DNA from: Octopus vulgaris
Lineage: Eukaryota
DNA length: 64,000 nt
Assembly: GCA_951406725.2 (NCBI GenBank)
Contig: OX597818.1
Coordinates: 70,060,001 to 70,124,000 of the forward strand
Direction: 5' to 3'
Shown: positions 23,745 through 36,790 of the stretch, piece after piece
Layout of the letters: every line of letters begins with the position of its first letter
Numbering within the stretch: position 1 is the stretch's first letter
Program-made: the position numbers and the translations under genes
The notes under the pieces: model-generated
The model's input: the letters and a program-made list of their open reading frames with translations, nothing else
Database searches by the model: none
What the model was told of the DNA's origin: nothing

Positions 23745-24366
23745 TATTGTTTTGAGCTGAGTGGGGGTGCTAGATTCCCTTGTTCGAAAATACAAGGACA
23801 CAGATCGTGTTGTATAGCCAGCTGGAGACAATGTCTCCTGAGCTAAACTTCAGCAACATTCATCCTAAACCAGGACTGCCATGTTATGTTGGCAAATAAT
23901 CTTTACTCAAAAGTATTGTTGCTGAATGTCTCTCGTTGTGAGATTTACAAATAGTAATTTCCCTACACTTTATGTCTGTCTTTTTATTGCCCCCCCCCAT
24001 CCTTTACCCTGGTGCCAAACAAAAGTTATCATCATTATTATTATTATCAATATTTGGGATACCAAATTAAGAAATGCATTGGACAGTATTTCCAGAATTT
24101 ATCCCAGCATTTTACACCCTTAATTCAAATTGCTCTGAGGTCAACAACTTGGCATTTTATCCTTTTGAAAAAAATCAAGTACCAGTCATATATAAGGATC
24201 AATATAATCGTTTGCTCCCTCCCCTCATCCAATGTTTGGTCCTGCACCTATGTTAAAAAGTATCATTAATTTCGTATTTTGCCCCTGTGACAAATAGAAT
24301 AAAATCATATCATTAGCATCATCATCATTGTCATTACAGTCATTAGTATTAGAAATTTTATTATTA

Positions 24367-24401
<35 letters not shown>

Positions 24402-24519
24402 AAGGCAACAGAGTCGGCAGCATCCAGGACAAAATGCTTAGCAGTATTTCACTCATCGCTATGTTCTGAGTCCAAATTCTGTCGAGGTCAGCTTTGCCTT
24501 TCATCCTTTTGGGGTTTCA

Positions 24520-24800
24520 GGGTAATCTCAGGCAGTGGGCTTCCTTGATTATCCCTAGAGGCCTTCCTATATCAGGAGGGCCATGACTCTATCATCCTCC
24601 CTGTTATTTATTTTTTTTTTTTTTACCTTTGTATTTTATGCACATCTCCCTTCTTTGTCTACACTGTGTATGCTTTCTTTCTTTCTTTCTTTCATTTTTT
24701 ATTTTATCATTTCATTGTATGTAAAACCCCCACACTTTATGTCTGTCTTCGTATTCTCGCCCTCATCCTTAGCCCTTGTGGCAAATAAATGAAATTATTA
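24520..24800 (+). mobile_element. Second, uninterrupted copy of the Tx1/L1-like 3' UTR
   Basis: atccctagagg.c.tcct and ttttatcatt.catt.tatgtaaa.ccccaca.tttatgtctgtc are shared with 23326-23483 plus 23974-24030. Confidence 0.7.
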
Positions 24801-24855
24801 TTATTATCATTAATATTTATCATTTATTATCATTATTATTAATTATTAATATTAA

Positions 24856-24892
<37 letters not shown>

Positions 24893-25004
24893 CACTTCTA
24901 TTCTGTGTGAAATGTCATAAAATAACCGAGACTGGAAATGAATTCTGTTTATAGTTTTTATTTATTTTTCTCATTTCCCCTCATTTTGTTTTTTTTTTTT
25001 TTAG

Positions 25005-25880
25005 TTTGATGTGTGTATATATACAAGTGCATAGGTCCATGTCTATTTATACATGTGTGTGTCTATGTATATATTTCTATGCCAATGTTATGTGTATTAT
25101 ATGTATATGTGTGTATTTATGCGTGTTGGTCTTTATGTACACCCGTGTATTTTCATGTATAGGTGTCTGTGTATTCATATTTGCGTGTGAATGTGTATTA
25201 CATAGGCATAAGTGATTTTATATATGTGTGTATGCATACTGATATGTGTGTGTTTTATGTTTTTATTATATGCAAGTTTGAGTATATATGTGTGTGTATT
25301 TATACATGTGTGTGTACTTGTGAATCTATCTATGTGTATTTGTATTTCCATTTATATGTGTATGTCTTTATATGTTTGGCTATTTACACACGTGTATTTA
25401 TGTCTGTGTGTGTATTTATATGTACGAATTTATGCATTTATATATGTGTGTATATGTATATATGTGTGTGCTTTTGTGGATGTACATTTGTGTAAGTATT
25501 TGTAATTGTGTGCTTATGTACTTGTATATGAATGTGTGCGCTTTGTCTGTGGTTTTGTATGAATGCATCAATATGTCTGGGTATTTATGTATGTATATAT
25601 ATATATATATACATATGCATGTGTGTATTTCTGTGTGTGTGTCTTTCTGTATTTATAGATGTGTGTTTTGTGTGTACTTTAATGTGTGTGTTTGTGTATT
25701 TATAAACAAATATGTGTTTTACCAGTTTTTTTTTTTTTAACTCAGGAAATAGTCTTTTGTAGATATACACACTCACAAACACACAGAAACACTCATGCGT
25801 TAGCACATACATAAACACATGTGCACACAAAGCTACACGCACAGACCCACAGACATACGCACATATGTGCACTCTTTCCA
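25005..25880. repeat. Degenerate (TG/TA)n low-complexity block
   Basis: ~870 bp of interrupted TG/TA dinucleotides, which accounts for the Cys/Val/Tyr/Ile ORFs here. Confidence 0.9.
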
Positions 25881-26471
25881 TTGTATAACAAGCTTCCTGA
25901 TATTACATGGTCTACTGGTTAATATTTTAATAATCTAGAATGGGCCATAACCTTATCATCATCATCATCATCATCATCAATTTCATACTCATTGTCAACA
26001 TCATCATCATCATCATTGTAATTGCTGATGATGTCATCACCCTCATAAGCACCATTATTGTTTGTCGTCATAACTCATTTTCTTCATCATCATCATCACC
26101 ATCATCACTGCTGCTACCACCACCACCACCATCATACTCATTGCCATCATCACTACCATCATTAACATCATCATCGTCATCTTCATCATCACCATCATGA
26201 ACCTTAGTCATCATCATCATCATCATTGGTATGGTCCTACTCCACAGAAATCATCATCATTTAAAATAATACCACTAAAGTCTAATTGCTAAACAGTAAA
26301 ACCGTTGCAGCAAAGATAAGGGAGTTGATACTTGGTCATTCTACAAATTAGAAATAACAGCCAAATGTCTTTCATATCACAAGTCTACCAACATCAAAAA
26401 TGAAGACCAAAATTATATCAATATTCTTATTTCTCTCTCTCAGTGAAGTCAACATTATAAACGTTTCCATA

Positions 26472-26634
26472 GGTGCAGGAGTGGCTGTGTGGTAAGTAGC
26501 TTGCTTACCAACCGCATGGTTCTGGGTTCAATCCCACTGCATGGCACCTTGGGCAAATGTCTTCTACTATAGCCTTAGGTCAACCAAAGCCTAGTGAATG
26601 GATTTGGTAAACAGAAACCGAAAGAAGCCCATCG

Positions 26635-26678
<44 letters not shown>

Positions 26679-26875
26679 TGCCTGCCGCCCCCACCATCAC
26701 TTGACAACTGATGTTGCTGTGTTTATGTCCCCGTAACTTAGTGGTTCAGCAAAAGAAACTGATAGAATAAGTACTAGGCTTACAAAGAATAAGTCCTGGG
26801 GCTGATTTGTTCAACCAAAGGTGGTGCTCCAGCATGGGTGCAGTCAAAGGACTGAAACAAATCAAAGAATAAAAA
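26472..26875 (+). mobile_element. Full-length tRNA-derived SINE with internal (TG)n
   Basis: A box gtggctgtgtggtaag, B box ggttcaatccc, then ggcaccttgggcaa.tgtctt; 3' half gatagaataagtactaggcttacaaagaataag. Near-collinear with 55754-56153. Confidence 0.9.
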
Positions 26876-28928
26876 AAATAATAATTTAGGTTTTTGTATT
26901 TGCTTGGCAAGATGCTTGGTGTGAAAACATATTGAAAGATGTGTCGTCATTGTATGATGGAGTTAGGGTGGTTTTACCAATACAAAGGAGCTCAGACAAA
27001 CCAAGGGACTGATCAATTAATCAATTAATCAGTCAAGGAATTAACTGGTTAACAAGTTGATTAATTGATCTAATAATAATCAAAGAAGGGAAACAGAATC
27101 AGTGCATATGCTTATTGGCATAATGACCCTCCCAGGATGCAATAATTTTGGATGATGTAGTCCAAGATGGGATAGCTATGGATGGAAAGCCTTTGATAAT
27201 AAGTCTGCTCAGTGAAGGCTAACATAGAGCTGCATAACAATTTAAACTAGTAATAACACTTACAGTCAACAATTACTACTACTGCTGCAGTTGCTGCTAC
27301 AACTACTACTACAAGCCAATGGTAAACCTGTCTGCTGCCTTGCTAAGCATGCTAGAAATAGCTGCCAAATCTCACTCAGGTCTCATCAAACCAGAATAGA
27401 AAGCAAAGGACACATAAGACAATGTGGTCCTATACAAACTATATCTGAAAATATATCTGGGATGATCATGGTTGTAACATTTTTTGATCGTAAGTTTTCT
27501 CAAAGAAGCCATTTTGGTTCCCACCTTATATGGAGATATAAACTATGTATATATGAATGACAAGTTTCCATTATCAGAACGTAGTAATATAATAAACTAT
27601 CCTGTCAAAATATTCAATTAAAATAAATCTATAAAAAACAAAGATTATAATTACATTAGCAATGGTAATGTTTCAATTAAGCCCTCTTTTTCTTGGCTGT
27701 GTGCAATTTTCCAAACTTTGATCAGCATTGGTTGAGTTCAGTTTCAATGAATTAATTTATTACTTCAATTATCAACTTTTAAGAATTCCTATTTTATTCA
27801 TGGGGTATTTTCTCTTTTCTCTTTATTCTTTCATGCTCAACCTTTCACAAATGTTTAGAATTGTCCCTTATTAGACACCCCATATCAAAGACATTCGATT
27901 AATTAGCTGCTTTCATGTCTTAAAACGTTTTCCTTTCGTATCCCTTATTTTCGAAGTCTTCTTTGACGACAGCAATTTTATCCTGTTTCTGTGAGAGTCA
28001 TTTCATTGAGTGGCTTTTAGAAGCTACATTTATCAAGTTTCTTGAAAATGTTTAATCAAAAGCCTGATGGCTTTTTAAGTGAAATGATTAATGAAATTTT
28101 GGGTTCTTTCTCAATGTAAGTATGGGATACAATTCTAACACAATCACCGTTTCAACTGAGAAGTCACATGTTCAGCTTTGGAAATCAAATCCTGATGAGC
28201 AACCAAAGAAACATTTGAAAGAAACATCATCACCATCGTCAGTGTTTCAGTATCATGTCTCGCTCGTGTTGCCTTTTTCTTGGTTTTACTCATTACATCA
28301 CATTACACACACACACACGCACACACACACACAAAGCAATTGAGAGATTAATCAACAAAATGACTGGAAAGATACGTTGTGATATTTGATTTTACATTAC
28401 ATTGTGAGTTCAAATCCCACCCAGTCTAACTTATTTTTTGGAATTGTACCCGTCATGTATTGGGGTTGCTATAACCAACTATGCTCTTTAATACAGTACT
28501 CCAGCATGGCCAAAGTCAAATGTAATTGAAAGCAGTAAAAGGATAGTAATAGAATGAGGGAATATTCCAGCAGAAGATGACTTGTGAATACACCAACATA
28601 TTCAATATCAGCTCTTCTTGAGCCAGCCCTTTCTTTTTCCATTTTCCCTCTTGGGGTTTAAGGTCTACATCATTGTGGTCCTTCTATGCCTGACTAAAAA
28701 CCAAACATGCCAACAGCAATTGATGTAAAGCCACAGTGTTTTAGAGTAGATGGCGTTTCCTTTGTACAGGAATTTCATTGCATAAACTGACTCTAATAGT
28801 TTGGACATTTTTTGTTATTTCAGAAATAATTCCTTTAATAAATTTCGACCTGGACGCAATAAACCATTTGGATCTTCATAAAGCTACAGATATATTAGTA
28901 ATACACATACAAAGAGGTAGATGTACAT

Positions 28929-28929
<1 letters not shown>

Positions 28930-29010
<81 letters not shown>

Positions 29011-29151
29011 ATATGAATAGAGGGATAGATAAACAGACAGGCAAACAGGCAAAATAGACACAGACAAACAGGAAGGCAGGCAGACAGACAGATTGATAGA
29101 ATAGAATGATAGATAGACAGACAGACAGACAAGCAGGCAGGCAGGCAGGCA

Positions 29152-29209
<58 letters not shown>

Positions 29210-29226
29210 TAGGTAGGTAGATAGAT
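28930..29226. repeat. Compound microsatellite: (GT)n followed by (AGAC)/(AGAT)/(AGGC)/(AGGT)n
   Basis: Directly visible tandem units. Confidence 0.95.
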
Positions 29227-31139
29227 AATTAGTGTTTGTTTATATGTCAAGTTATATACATAAAACAATTTAATCGTAAATAGATGTATAGATTCCTCTA
29301 TACATTTTAGTGGAACAAAAGTTTAAGTTTTTAGAAGGAAAGTAGTTGACAGGGACTTTGAATTTTTGTTTTCTCACATTTGTCAGACTGAGCTCTACTC
29401 GAGTATAAAAAGCTTTTTGGCTTTATATAGAGTTTATGGATGATTACTTGGTTGTCCAGCATATGTCAGATTGTCATTGGATTGGTGTTGTACCAATGCC
29501 AATGCTGGGTGGCCAGCTAATTTCATCCAAATCCATTCTTTGTACAAGCTGAAACGCAACAAAAACCAAATTTTTACACACAGAATGTTGTGACCTAAAT
29601 TTAATAAACCTGAATGTGACAAACGTTTACACGGTTACTCTCATGCTTGACTCAGTCGAAAACAACAACATAGACCCACAACAAACCAGACAAACTATCT
29701 CCACCATAACACTCTGTCAGATACTTTCCTTCTACCTTCCTCTATCCTACTTTCTACACACTTCCCCCAGCCTATGTACACCTAATTATCAGGTCACATG
29801 ATGCCAAAGAAAAGACTTGCAAAAGACTATATGAAGCCGAAAAGAATCTAAATATTGCAAAGTCTGGTGATGGTGAACAAACCAAAACTTTGAAATCGTT
29901 GTCAAGATTATTCTTTGTAAAATTTATTTCTAGCACAAGCATGGCTGCAGATTGATGTTGATGCATGGTTGAGGATTTCCTTCAGAACTATGTGGTTTGG
30001 GTTCCAGTCTCCTACTGCATGGCATCTTAGACGTGTGCATGTGTTTGCACATGTGTGTGTGTGTGTGTGTTGATGCTTGTTTACTTGACTTGATATCACG
30101 GGATTATTGTAAATGAGTGTCACAATCATAAAAGCAGTGTGGTTCCTTTCTAATCTTTTATGAAAACATGTCCAACGAGGGCAAAAGAAATTTATCTTAC
30201 TTGGAAACAGATGAGAGATAGCATCAGGAAGGGCAGCAAGTCACAGAAAACCTGCTTCAACAAATGATATTTGCCCATGCAAGTGTGAAAAAACATTAAA
30301 ATGATGATCATCACATCCACACACTCACACACACACACACACATGTTAGTATTATTGAGATGGTTTCAATTTGAATGTTCCTTTGGTATCTCATCAATTT
30401 TTCCTACAAAGCTCGTTACTAGTTTGAGTTAATCTGGCAGAAAAATAATTAGGATTGCCATTTTGTGTTTGAGTTGTTACTATTAAATTAGTAAGGGGTG
30501 GTTTGGATGGGAAATACTTTAGTTGCATTACTTTGCGGAAGCTCTTTGAATTCTGAGTTCAAATCCTGCTGAGGTCGACCTTGCCTTTCATCCCTCCAAG
30601 GTCAATAAAATAAAGGATCAGTCAAATACTGTTGTTGATTCAATCAATTATATCCTTCCACCAAATTTGATTCATTGTTCCAAAGTTGGAAATCAATATT
30701 TCATTAGAAACTCAACAATACAAACTCATTCTTCAATAACTGAGGCAAATTTTGAAAATAAAGAAATACCTTTTTTCTTTTTATGTAGAAGTGTTCATTC
30801 AAGAGTGTGAGTCTTTACTCAGGGTTAGTAGCTTCTGCTCAAGACTGGTGGTGGTGGTACTGGGGAGGCTTCTTCTCTGAAGCAGGACTCTCTTACTCAT
30901 TAATGACAGAGTATTCTTCTGCTGTAGGATGAGAGACTCTTTTCAAAAATTGTGACAAGCCTTTACTCAGGAGTCTCCAATCAAGAGTGGATGGTGTCAT
31001 GTCCTCAAGAGTAGGAGTCATATACTCAGAAGTATGAGTCTCTATGAAAGAGCCTTTACTTCAGAGGCTGGTCATACAACCTGCTAGAAATTACAGCCAA
31101 ATTTCTCCCTACAATTTTGAATAGAAAGGTGAGACACAT

Positions 31140-31638
31140 TGGATACGTAGGATACGAGCAGTTCCCATGAGCACTATCTTTTGAATTTTTGCCATTTTTG
31201 GGTTTCCTGTTATCTGAGTTAGGTAGCGATCAGCCACTTTTTCTATCATTCCCAGGGCACCTATGACAACAGGTATTGTTTTAGTCTTCAGGTTCCACAT
31301 TTTGCTAATTTCTATTTCAAGATCTTTATATTTGCTCAGTTTTTGGTAGGTCTTGACAGATACGTTTATATCGATTGGGACAGTCATATTAATGAGGAGG
31401 AATGATTTTTGTCTGAAGTCTTTTACTATGATGTCTGGCATATTCACATCTATCTTTCTGTCAGTTTGAATGGTGAAGTTCCAGAGGAGTGAGATGTGAT
31501 CATTTTCAAGCACTGGAAGTGGTTTGTGTTCCCACCAGTTTTTATCATGGGGCAAGTCCAGGCTTTTGCAAATTACCCAGTGAATATAATGTGCAGCTCT
31601 ATCCTGCCTGTTGAGATATTCTGTAGGTGCAAGAAGAC

Positions 31639-31688
<50 letters not shown>

Positions 31689-31871
31689 TGAAAGACTCTC
31701 GGATATTTCTTAATTACCGGTCATTCTTTACTTAAAAGCAAACAATAACAAATCACCAATGGTTTCAAGTAGTGCCTTCTCCTGTGACTCAAAGAGACAA
31801 TACTCGCCTTAGAATGCAACCTGTACCCAACAATGCTGTCTTCTGGATCACCTCAAGCCTGATAGCAGCTC

Positions 31872-31875
<4 letters not shown>
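31140..31875 (-). mobile_element. Two Dong/R4-like LINE 3' fragments separated by (ATT)n
   Basis: WWEHKPLPVLEND..LLWNFTIQTDRKI..NMPDIIV..K.SKYKDL..PVVIGALG..IVLMGTARILR is the PD-(D/E)xK restriction-like endonuclease. 31790-31870 encodes IQKTALLGTGCILRRVL. Confidence 0.92.
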
Positions 31876-31910
<35 letters not shown>

Positions 31911-33119
31911 GATAAAGGCAGAGAGATGGCAGAATCATTAACATGGCAGGCAAAATGTTTAGTGGAATTTTGTCTGTATGCTCTGAGATCAAATTTTGTT
32001 GAGGTCAGCTTTACCTTTCATCCTTTCAGTAAGATATGTACCAGTCAAGTTGTGGCTTTGATGTAATTGATATCCCAACTCCCCTGAAAAACTGCTGACC
32101 CTGGGCCAAACCGTTGTTTTTGTTGTTACTCTGCACACAATGCTTTGCAGCATTTCTTCTGGTTTTACGCTCTGTGTTGAAATTCTGTCATGGTCGAATT
32201 TACTTTCCATCCTGTTGGGTTCTGTACGGCAACTGGCAGACCAAAGAATCAACTCGGCATTTCCTCTACTTGTCATAAAGGCTAACTAAAAGAGGTTGAG
32301 GTAGGATTTGCTCTCCAGCCTCATAAATTCCTCTCCAACAACGACTACCCAAACAGAACCATGGATTGGAAGGTCATTGCCTTAAGTGACAGAAAGATGT
32401 CATCTGCAAGGAGTAGGAAGGGATCACCAACAAACGGCCATGCTACCACTACCACTACTACTACTTTCAAGATCAATAAAATAAGGACCAGTTGAGGACT
32501 GAGTGTAAATGATTAGCCTCTCACCCAAACTTTCAGGCCTGGTACCTTTTGAAGGAAGGATTGTTATTTCATGCAAGCATGGTATGTATGGTTCTGTGGT
32601 TACAGACTTCGTTTTGTACCCCTACGGCTTCAGGCTTACTTCTATTGCTTGGGGTCTTTGACGTGGCTTCTACGGCAGCCTTGGACTCACCAATGCCTTA
32701 TAAGTGGAACTGGTACATATGTATATGCATGTGTGTGCGTGTGTGTGCACGTGCTTAGTGGTTACGGTATTTGACTGATGATCGTTAGGTCATGTGTTCT
32801 GTCTCCAGCAATGCTTTGTATCCTTGAGCAAGACACTCGATTTCACTTTGCTTCCATTCACTTTAGCTGTAACTCAAAGGCCCAGCCTTTGTCGTGTTCT
32901 CTGCCCTATGAATGTCCATGAAGTGTATGCATGTCTATAGTGTACTCAGCCACTTAGACGTTAATTTCATGAGCCTGCTTTTGAGCAGATCAACTGGAAC
33001 ACTCATCATAACCAATGGAGTGCCAGCAGACATATAGAACTTAGATAACTTAGATTGGTTTGGGCCATTATCAGCCCAGGCCATGGCTAACTCAATAGCA
33101 CCACCTAAAAAAGTCTTTT

Positions 33120-33720
33120 AGTTAATTATTTCGGGACACCATCGTCCACTCGAGCAGAGAGTTGTTGTTGTTTGAGACATATCCATGTGTAGGTGGTTTA
33201 TCCGGTATTTCCTGGAGGAATTTGTCCAAGTGCCATTTGAAAGTTGAGGGGTCTTTTTCTACTTCAATCTCTTTCAGGATAACATCGAAAAGAGCAGGAC
33301 CATTTGCAGTGAAAAAATTGTGTCGCAATGTTCTTATGTGATGTGATCTCAACCTTTGTAGGGGATACATTGCGGGGGGTGGGCTAGTCTTGGGTGAATT
33401 ATAAACATAATACCAATAGCATTTGGATAATATTAGTGGAATATTTTCAACGTGGGGCAAATAATGTATCACTCATGGAAGCACCGTATAAAATAGTTTC
33501 AGCCCAATAACCAAATCCCATCGTACCATTTATTCTTTTAGTGATTGATCTTTGTGGTGTTCAATCTCCATTATGTGTTCTTCTTTTGTAAGGGGACCAC
33601 AGTGGACAGCAGTATTCAAGGTAGGGTCTAGTGAATGTGGAGGAGAGAAGGATAATGGTTTCATGATCCCTAGATTGAAAAGTTCTGAGGATCCATGCAC
33701 ACATTCTGCAGGCACCATTG
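33120..33720 (-). mobile_element. CR1/L2-group LINE 3' fragment
   Basis: WILRTFQSRD...RPYLEYCCPLWSPY (33560-33715) and GPALF...FKWHLDKFLQEIPDKP..GY....NSLLEW. Confidence 0.8.
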
Positions 33721-34839
33721 ACTTCTTTGTTATATATATGAGAGAGTGAGAGAGAGGGAGAGTTTTGTCAGTTATGGTGTGGGAAAACCAGGGAAATTAA
33801 AATACTTTACCCGTAAAAGAGATATGGATTGGAGACAGGAAGAGGGTCCAGCTGATGCCTCGACAATTTTCTTGTGCCATCATGGAACAACATGTAAAAC
33901 AATCATGAAGATAAGGATTTTTTAATAATTCCTTTCTTAGTTTAAGGAACTTCTACCAAAATCTAATATCACGGAAAGTAAACAGCAATTAGTAGCATTG
34001 TTTTATAAAACATTTTATATTTATTTTATTCTGCATTTAATCCAGATTTCTTGCAGTCTTCTAGGGGATTCTAATAACATAGATTTAGAAAGTTTTCTCA
34101 TCTAATTTTGATTCCTGATTCAGTTAAACATTAGGTCCCAGCTCTTAGACAACATACTTCAGGAATCTTATGTGACTTCTTCACCATGTATTTGCAGAGG
34201 ATTTCCTTACTTCTCCATTTTCTGTCTGTTATTTGTTTCCTGATCCTGATTCTAGTTTTTCCATCTCTTGCAATAAGAATTATTCAATATACTTTTTGAA
34301 TTCTTCAGTATATCAAAATCTAGTTTCCTGATTTTATAGCTTTCCAAAGATGGCAACAAGATCTCAAAGGACTTTTGTATGATCCTTCAACTCAATTATA
34401 GATGTGCTTGACCATCATCCTTCTGCCCTCACCTCCCCAGCCATCATATCCACTTCCTCCTCTTTGCCCCATTACCACCAAAACCATTTAACTCATTCCC
34501 TTTCTCCACCATAAACTTCTCTTCATGATTCCTTCTCTTCCTCCACCTTTGACAATGTTAAACACCCCCACATTCTCTAACACCACACCCTGCCATTTCT
34601 GTTTTACCAACCAACTGAACCACTTTATTTCAGTCAGCCTCTGAAGAAGTCTTTGCTTAAATCTCTTCAACTCTCAAACTTCTTGCTTAGACTACTTACT
34701 TCCAAGTGACTCCAAAATATTCCTTTGAACGTGTCATCTCCATGTATACGTCATTTAACAGTTAAATCTAATTTACACTTTCCGCACAATATCAAGTTAT
34801 TTTATCTGTCTTTTTAGATAATTTATCAAATTCACTTAT

Positions 34840-35760
34840 CAAAAGTGTTAACCACTCACCAACTTTGCTATAAATTCTACATAATAGTGGTTTTGCCTAT
34901 AGAGAATTATAATTTACTTCTCAGTAACTATTCTTATGCTTTAATATCAGGCCTTAGGTGTGTCTTTCTTATCTCTAACAACAATTTACTCATATTTAAA
35001 CCGACATCCATCAACCAAGGAAAAAACATTCCTAACAATTGTTATTTTTTTCGCCATATCATCTTGGAATTTTTTTTATTTCTCCAAGATATCTACCCAT
35101 GAATTCTTTCAATTTTCTTCACCTAATCTAACTTCTCTCTTTTATTCCATTTTCAGATTATTCCACCCACTTCTAAAGAGATATGGGCCATTTACAAATA
35201 GTTATAGTTTTACCATTAACCTTGATTTACGCACTAATTTTAACTTGATGAAGTATTCCTTTCTAAAATGTTCTTTCATGTAAATTTACTAGCAACATTA
35301 AACCAAAGTATTTACAGCTTTCTGCATTTTCTTGTTTTATGATTTCCTTATGTAAATTCATTCCTCTCACACCCCAATGTCTTTACTCTGTTCAATATTA
35401 TAACTCCATACTTTTTAATATCAAATTCCAACCCAATATCTTCTCTAAATCCGTGAAATGGTTCTACTAAAATGTCTATTTGATGTTCATTTTTTGATAA
35501 GAGTTTCAAGTCATCCGTAAAGAAATGGCGATTATACTCCATGCTGACTGCTTTTGTTAACACACCCTTTCCTTCACTGTTCTTTGTAACAGTGTTAAAA
35601 CATCAGGCATCTCAAAAAACTTTGGCACCAAGAATTTTCTATTGATTCTTGATACTTCTAAAACTCATCACCAAAATTGCTTAGTTTTGGCTTCATTTCT
35701 TCAATCTCCTTTATTCTGCACTATCCTTAACATTACTAATTATTCCATAATCCAGGGATT
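34840..35760 (-). mobile_element. Highly decayed Dong/R4-like RT to zinc-finger region
   Basis: HFFTDDLKLLSKNEHQID...EDIGLEFDIKK (RT catalytic region); KEYFIKLKLVRKSR.; PLLCRIYSKVGE (decayed CCHC). Confidence 0.65.
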
Positions 35761-36059
35761 AAGAATAATCTCACAGGTCTAGTTCAGAACCAGTCCATGC
35801 CAATACCAATAGATTTAGCATATATATTTGCCTATCAATAATAGATCCTTCAGGCTAAAACTCCTTTTCTTTCTCTTCTACCTCTCTGATCTAACAAAAA
35901 ATAAAGCTTCAAAGTTACTGTCAACTTTTCCCTTCCGCAAATAAATTCGATTATCAACTTAAAAGTATTGAATGGTCCACCAACCAATGTCTGACTGTTT
36001 TTATTCTTCACTTTACATGGAAACAAACACGAACAGTAATATATATATATATATATATA

Positions 36060-36350
36060 TCCACCAAAGCTTTTCTCACTCCATCCATCCACACAAATCG
36101 AGGTCTGCCTCTGGTTCTGCTGCCTACCACTTCTGCCTTCATCACCCAACTTACCATCCGCTGCTCAGCCATCCTCTCCATGTGGCCAAACCACCTCAAC
36201 ATTTGTCTATCCATTTTGGTTGTTAGTTTTTCTCTCATTCCTGCTCACCTTTGCACCTCCTCATCCTGTCCATCCATGTCACACCAACCATAGCCCTCAG
36301 ACATCTCATCTCAAACACATCTAGTTGCCTCCTTTCCATGTCTCTCAGCC
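36060..36350 (-). mobile_element. RTE-clade LINE fragment (second family)
   Basis: LDVFEMRCLRAMVGVTW and MLRWFGHMERM...RGRPRFVWMDGV. Confidence 0.85.
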
Positions 36351-36604
36351 TGGAGGGTGTTTGTGGATAGATGAGTGAATTTCATGTTGCTCAAAGGAGT
36401 ACAGAACCAGCATGATGTGGCGGGGTAACAGCATGATGCTGTTGGGCCTCACTGCTGATATTGGGGGTTGTGTTCTATGCTTTCACCCTAGCATAGAATG
36501 GGGCTCACCTCTTTGAGCTGGGAAAAGGAATGGAATGCCTAGTGTGTGTCTTCTTGTGGCTACCCACTCCTAAAAAAATGGGGAATAGGCCTGAGTATAT
36601 ATAT

Positions 36605-36790
36605 TCGCCATGATAGATTGCTAGCCACCACACACATTTTTTCTCTCCTTGTTCTGTGTTCCTTTCTGTGGAAGAGCATAGGTTCGAAACGTTAAAGACT
36701 TTTTCACTTCCCGAGTGTTAAACTAATACATCTGTTTGTTGTCTACACCACTTGTCTTCGTCTTTTGTTTTTTTTTGTGAATTCTCCCCT
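36605..36790 (+). mobile_element. ~190-bp HHR-bearing element between TA repeats (copy 1); HHR-like motif at 36662-36697
   Basis: cttt-CTGtGGA-a-gagc-atag-gttc-GAAA-cg-TT-aaag. Collinear with 56898-57090. Confidence 0.7.

Larger units (their letters stand above)
23484..23953. mobile_element. Palindromic non-coding insertion with two divergent hammerhead motifs; probable Penelope pseudo-LTR inverted structure
   Basis: ~205-bp arms (23483-23688 and 23705-23909), a 16-nt spacer, a ~45-bp unpaired extension, and flanking direct repeats gtaaatcccccacattttat / gtaatttccctacactttat (16/20). Confidence 0.8.
22958..24045 (+). mobile_element. Tx1/L1-like LINE 3' end (ORF2 C-terminus plus UTR), interrupted by the palindromic insertion
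   Basis: Encodes GKVVFLCLVA...VVRWSRLKG...FNLKK. The UTR resumes at 23974 (gtctgtc...) exactly as in the uninterrupted copy at 24520-24800. Confidence 0.65.

Noticed and set aside
23592-23846. Two near-identical opposed ORFs (84 aa and 77 aa)
   Set aside because: An artefact of the palindrome; the sequence is better explained as non-coding HHR-bearing arms.
26472-26550. tRNA gene (A and B boxes)
   Set aside because: No full cloverleaf or poly-T terminator; it continues into a SINE body, as do the other copies.
6575-29910. Further faint HHR-like strings at ~6575-6655 (-), ~28190 (+), ~29343-29390 (-) and ~29860-29910 (+)
   Set aside because: Each needs three or more corrections or lacks stem II; not distinguishable from chance by eye.
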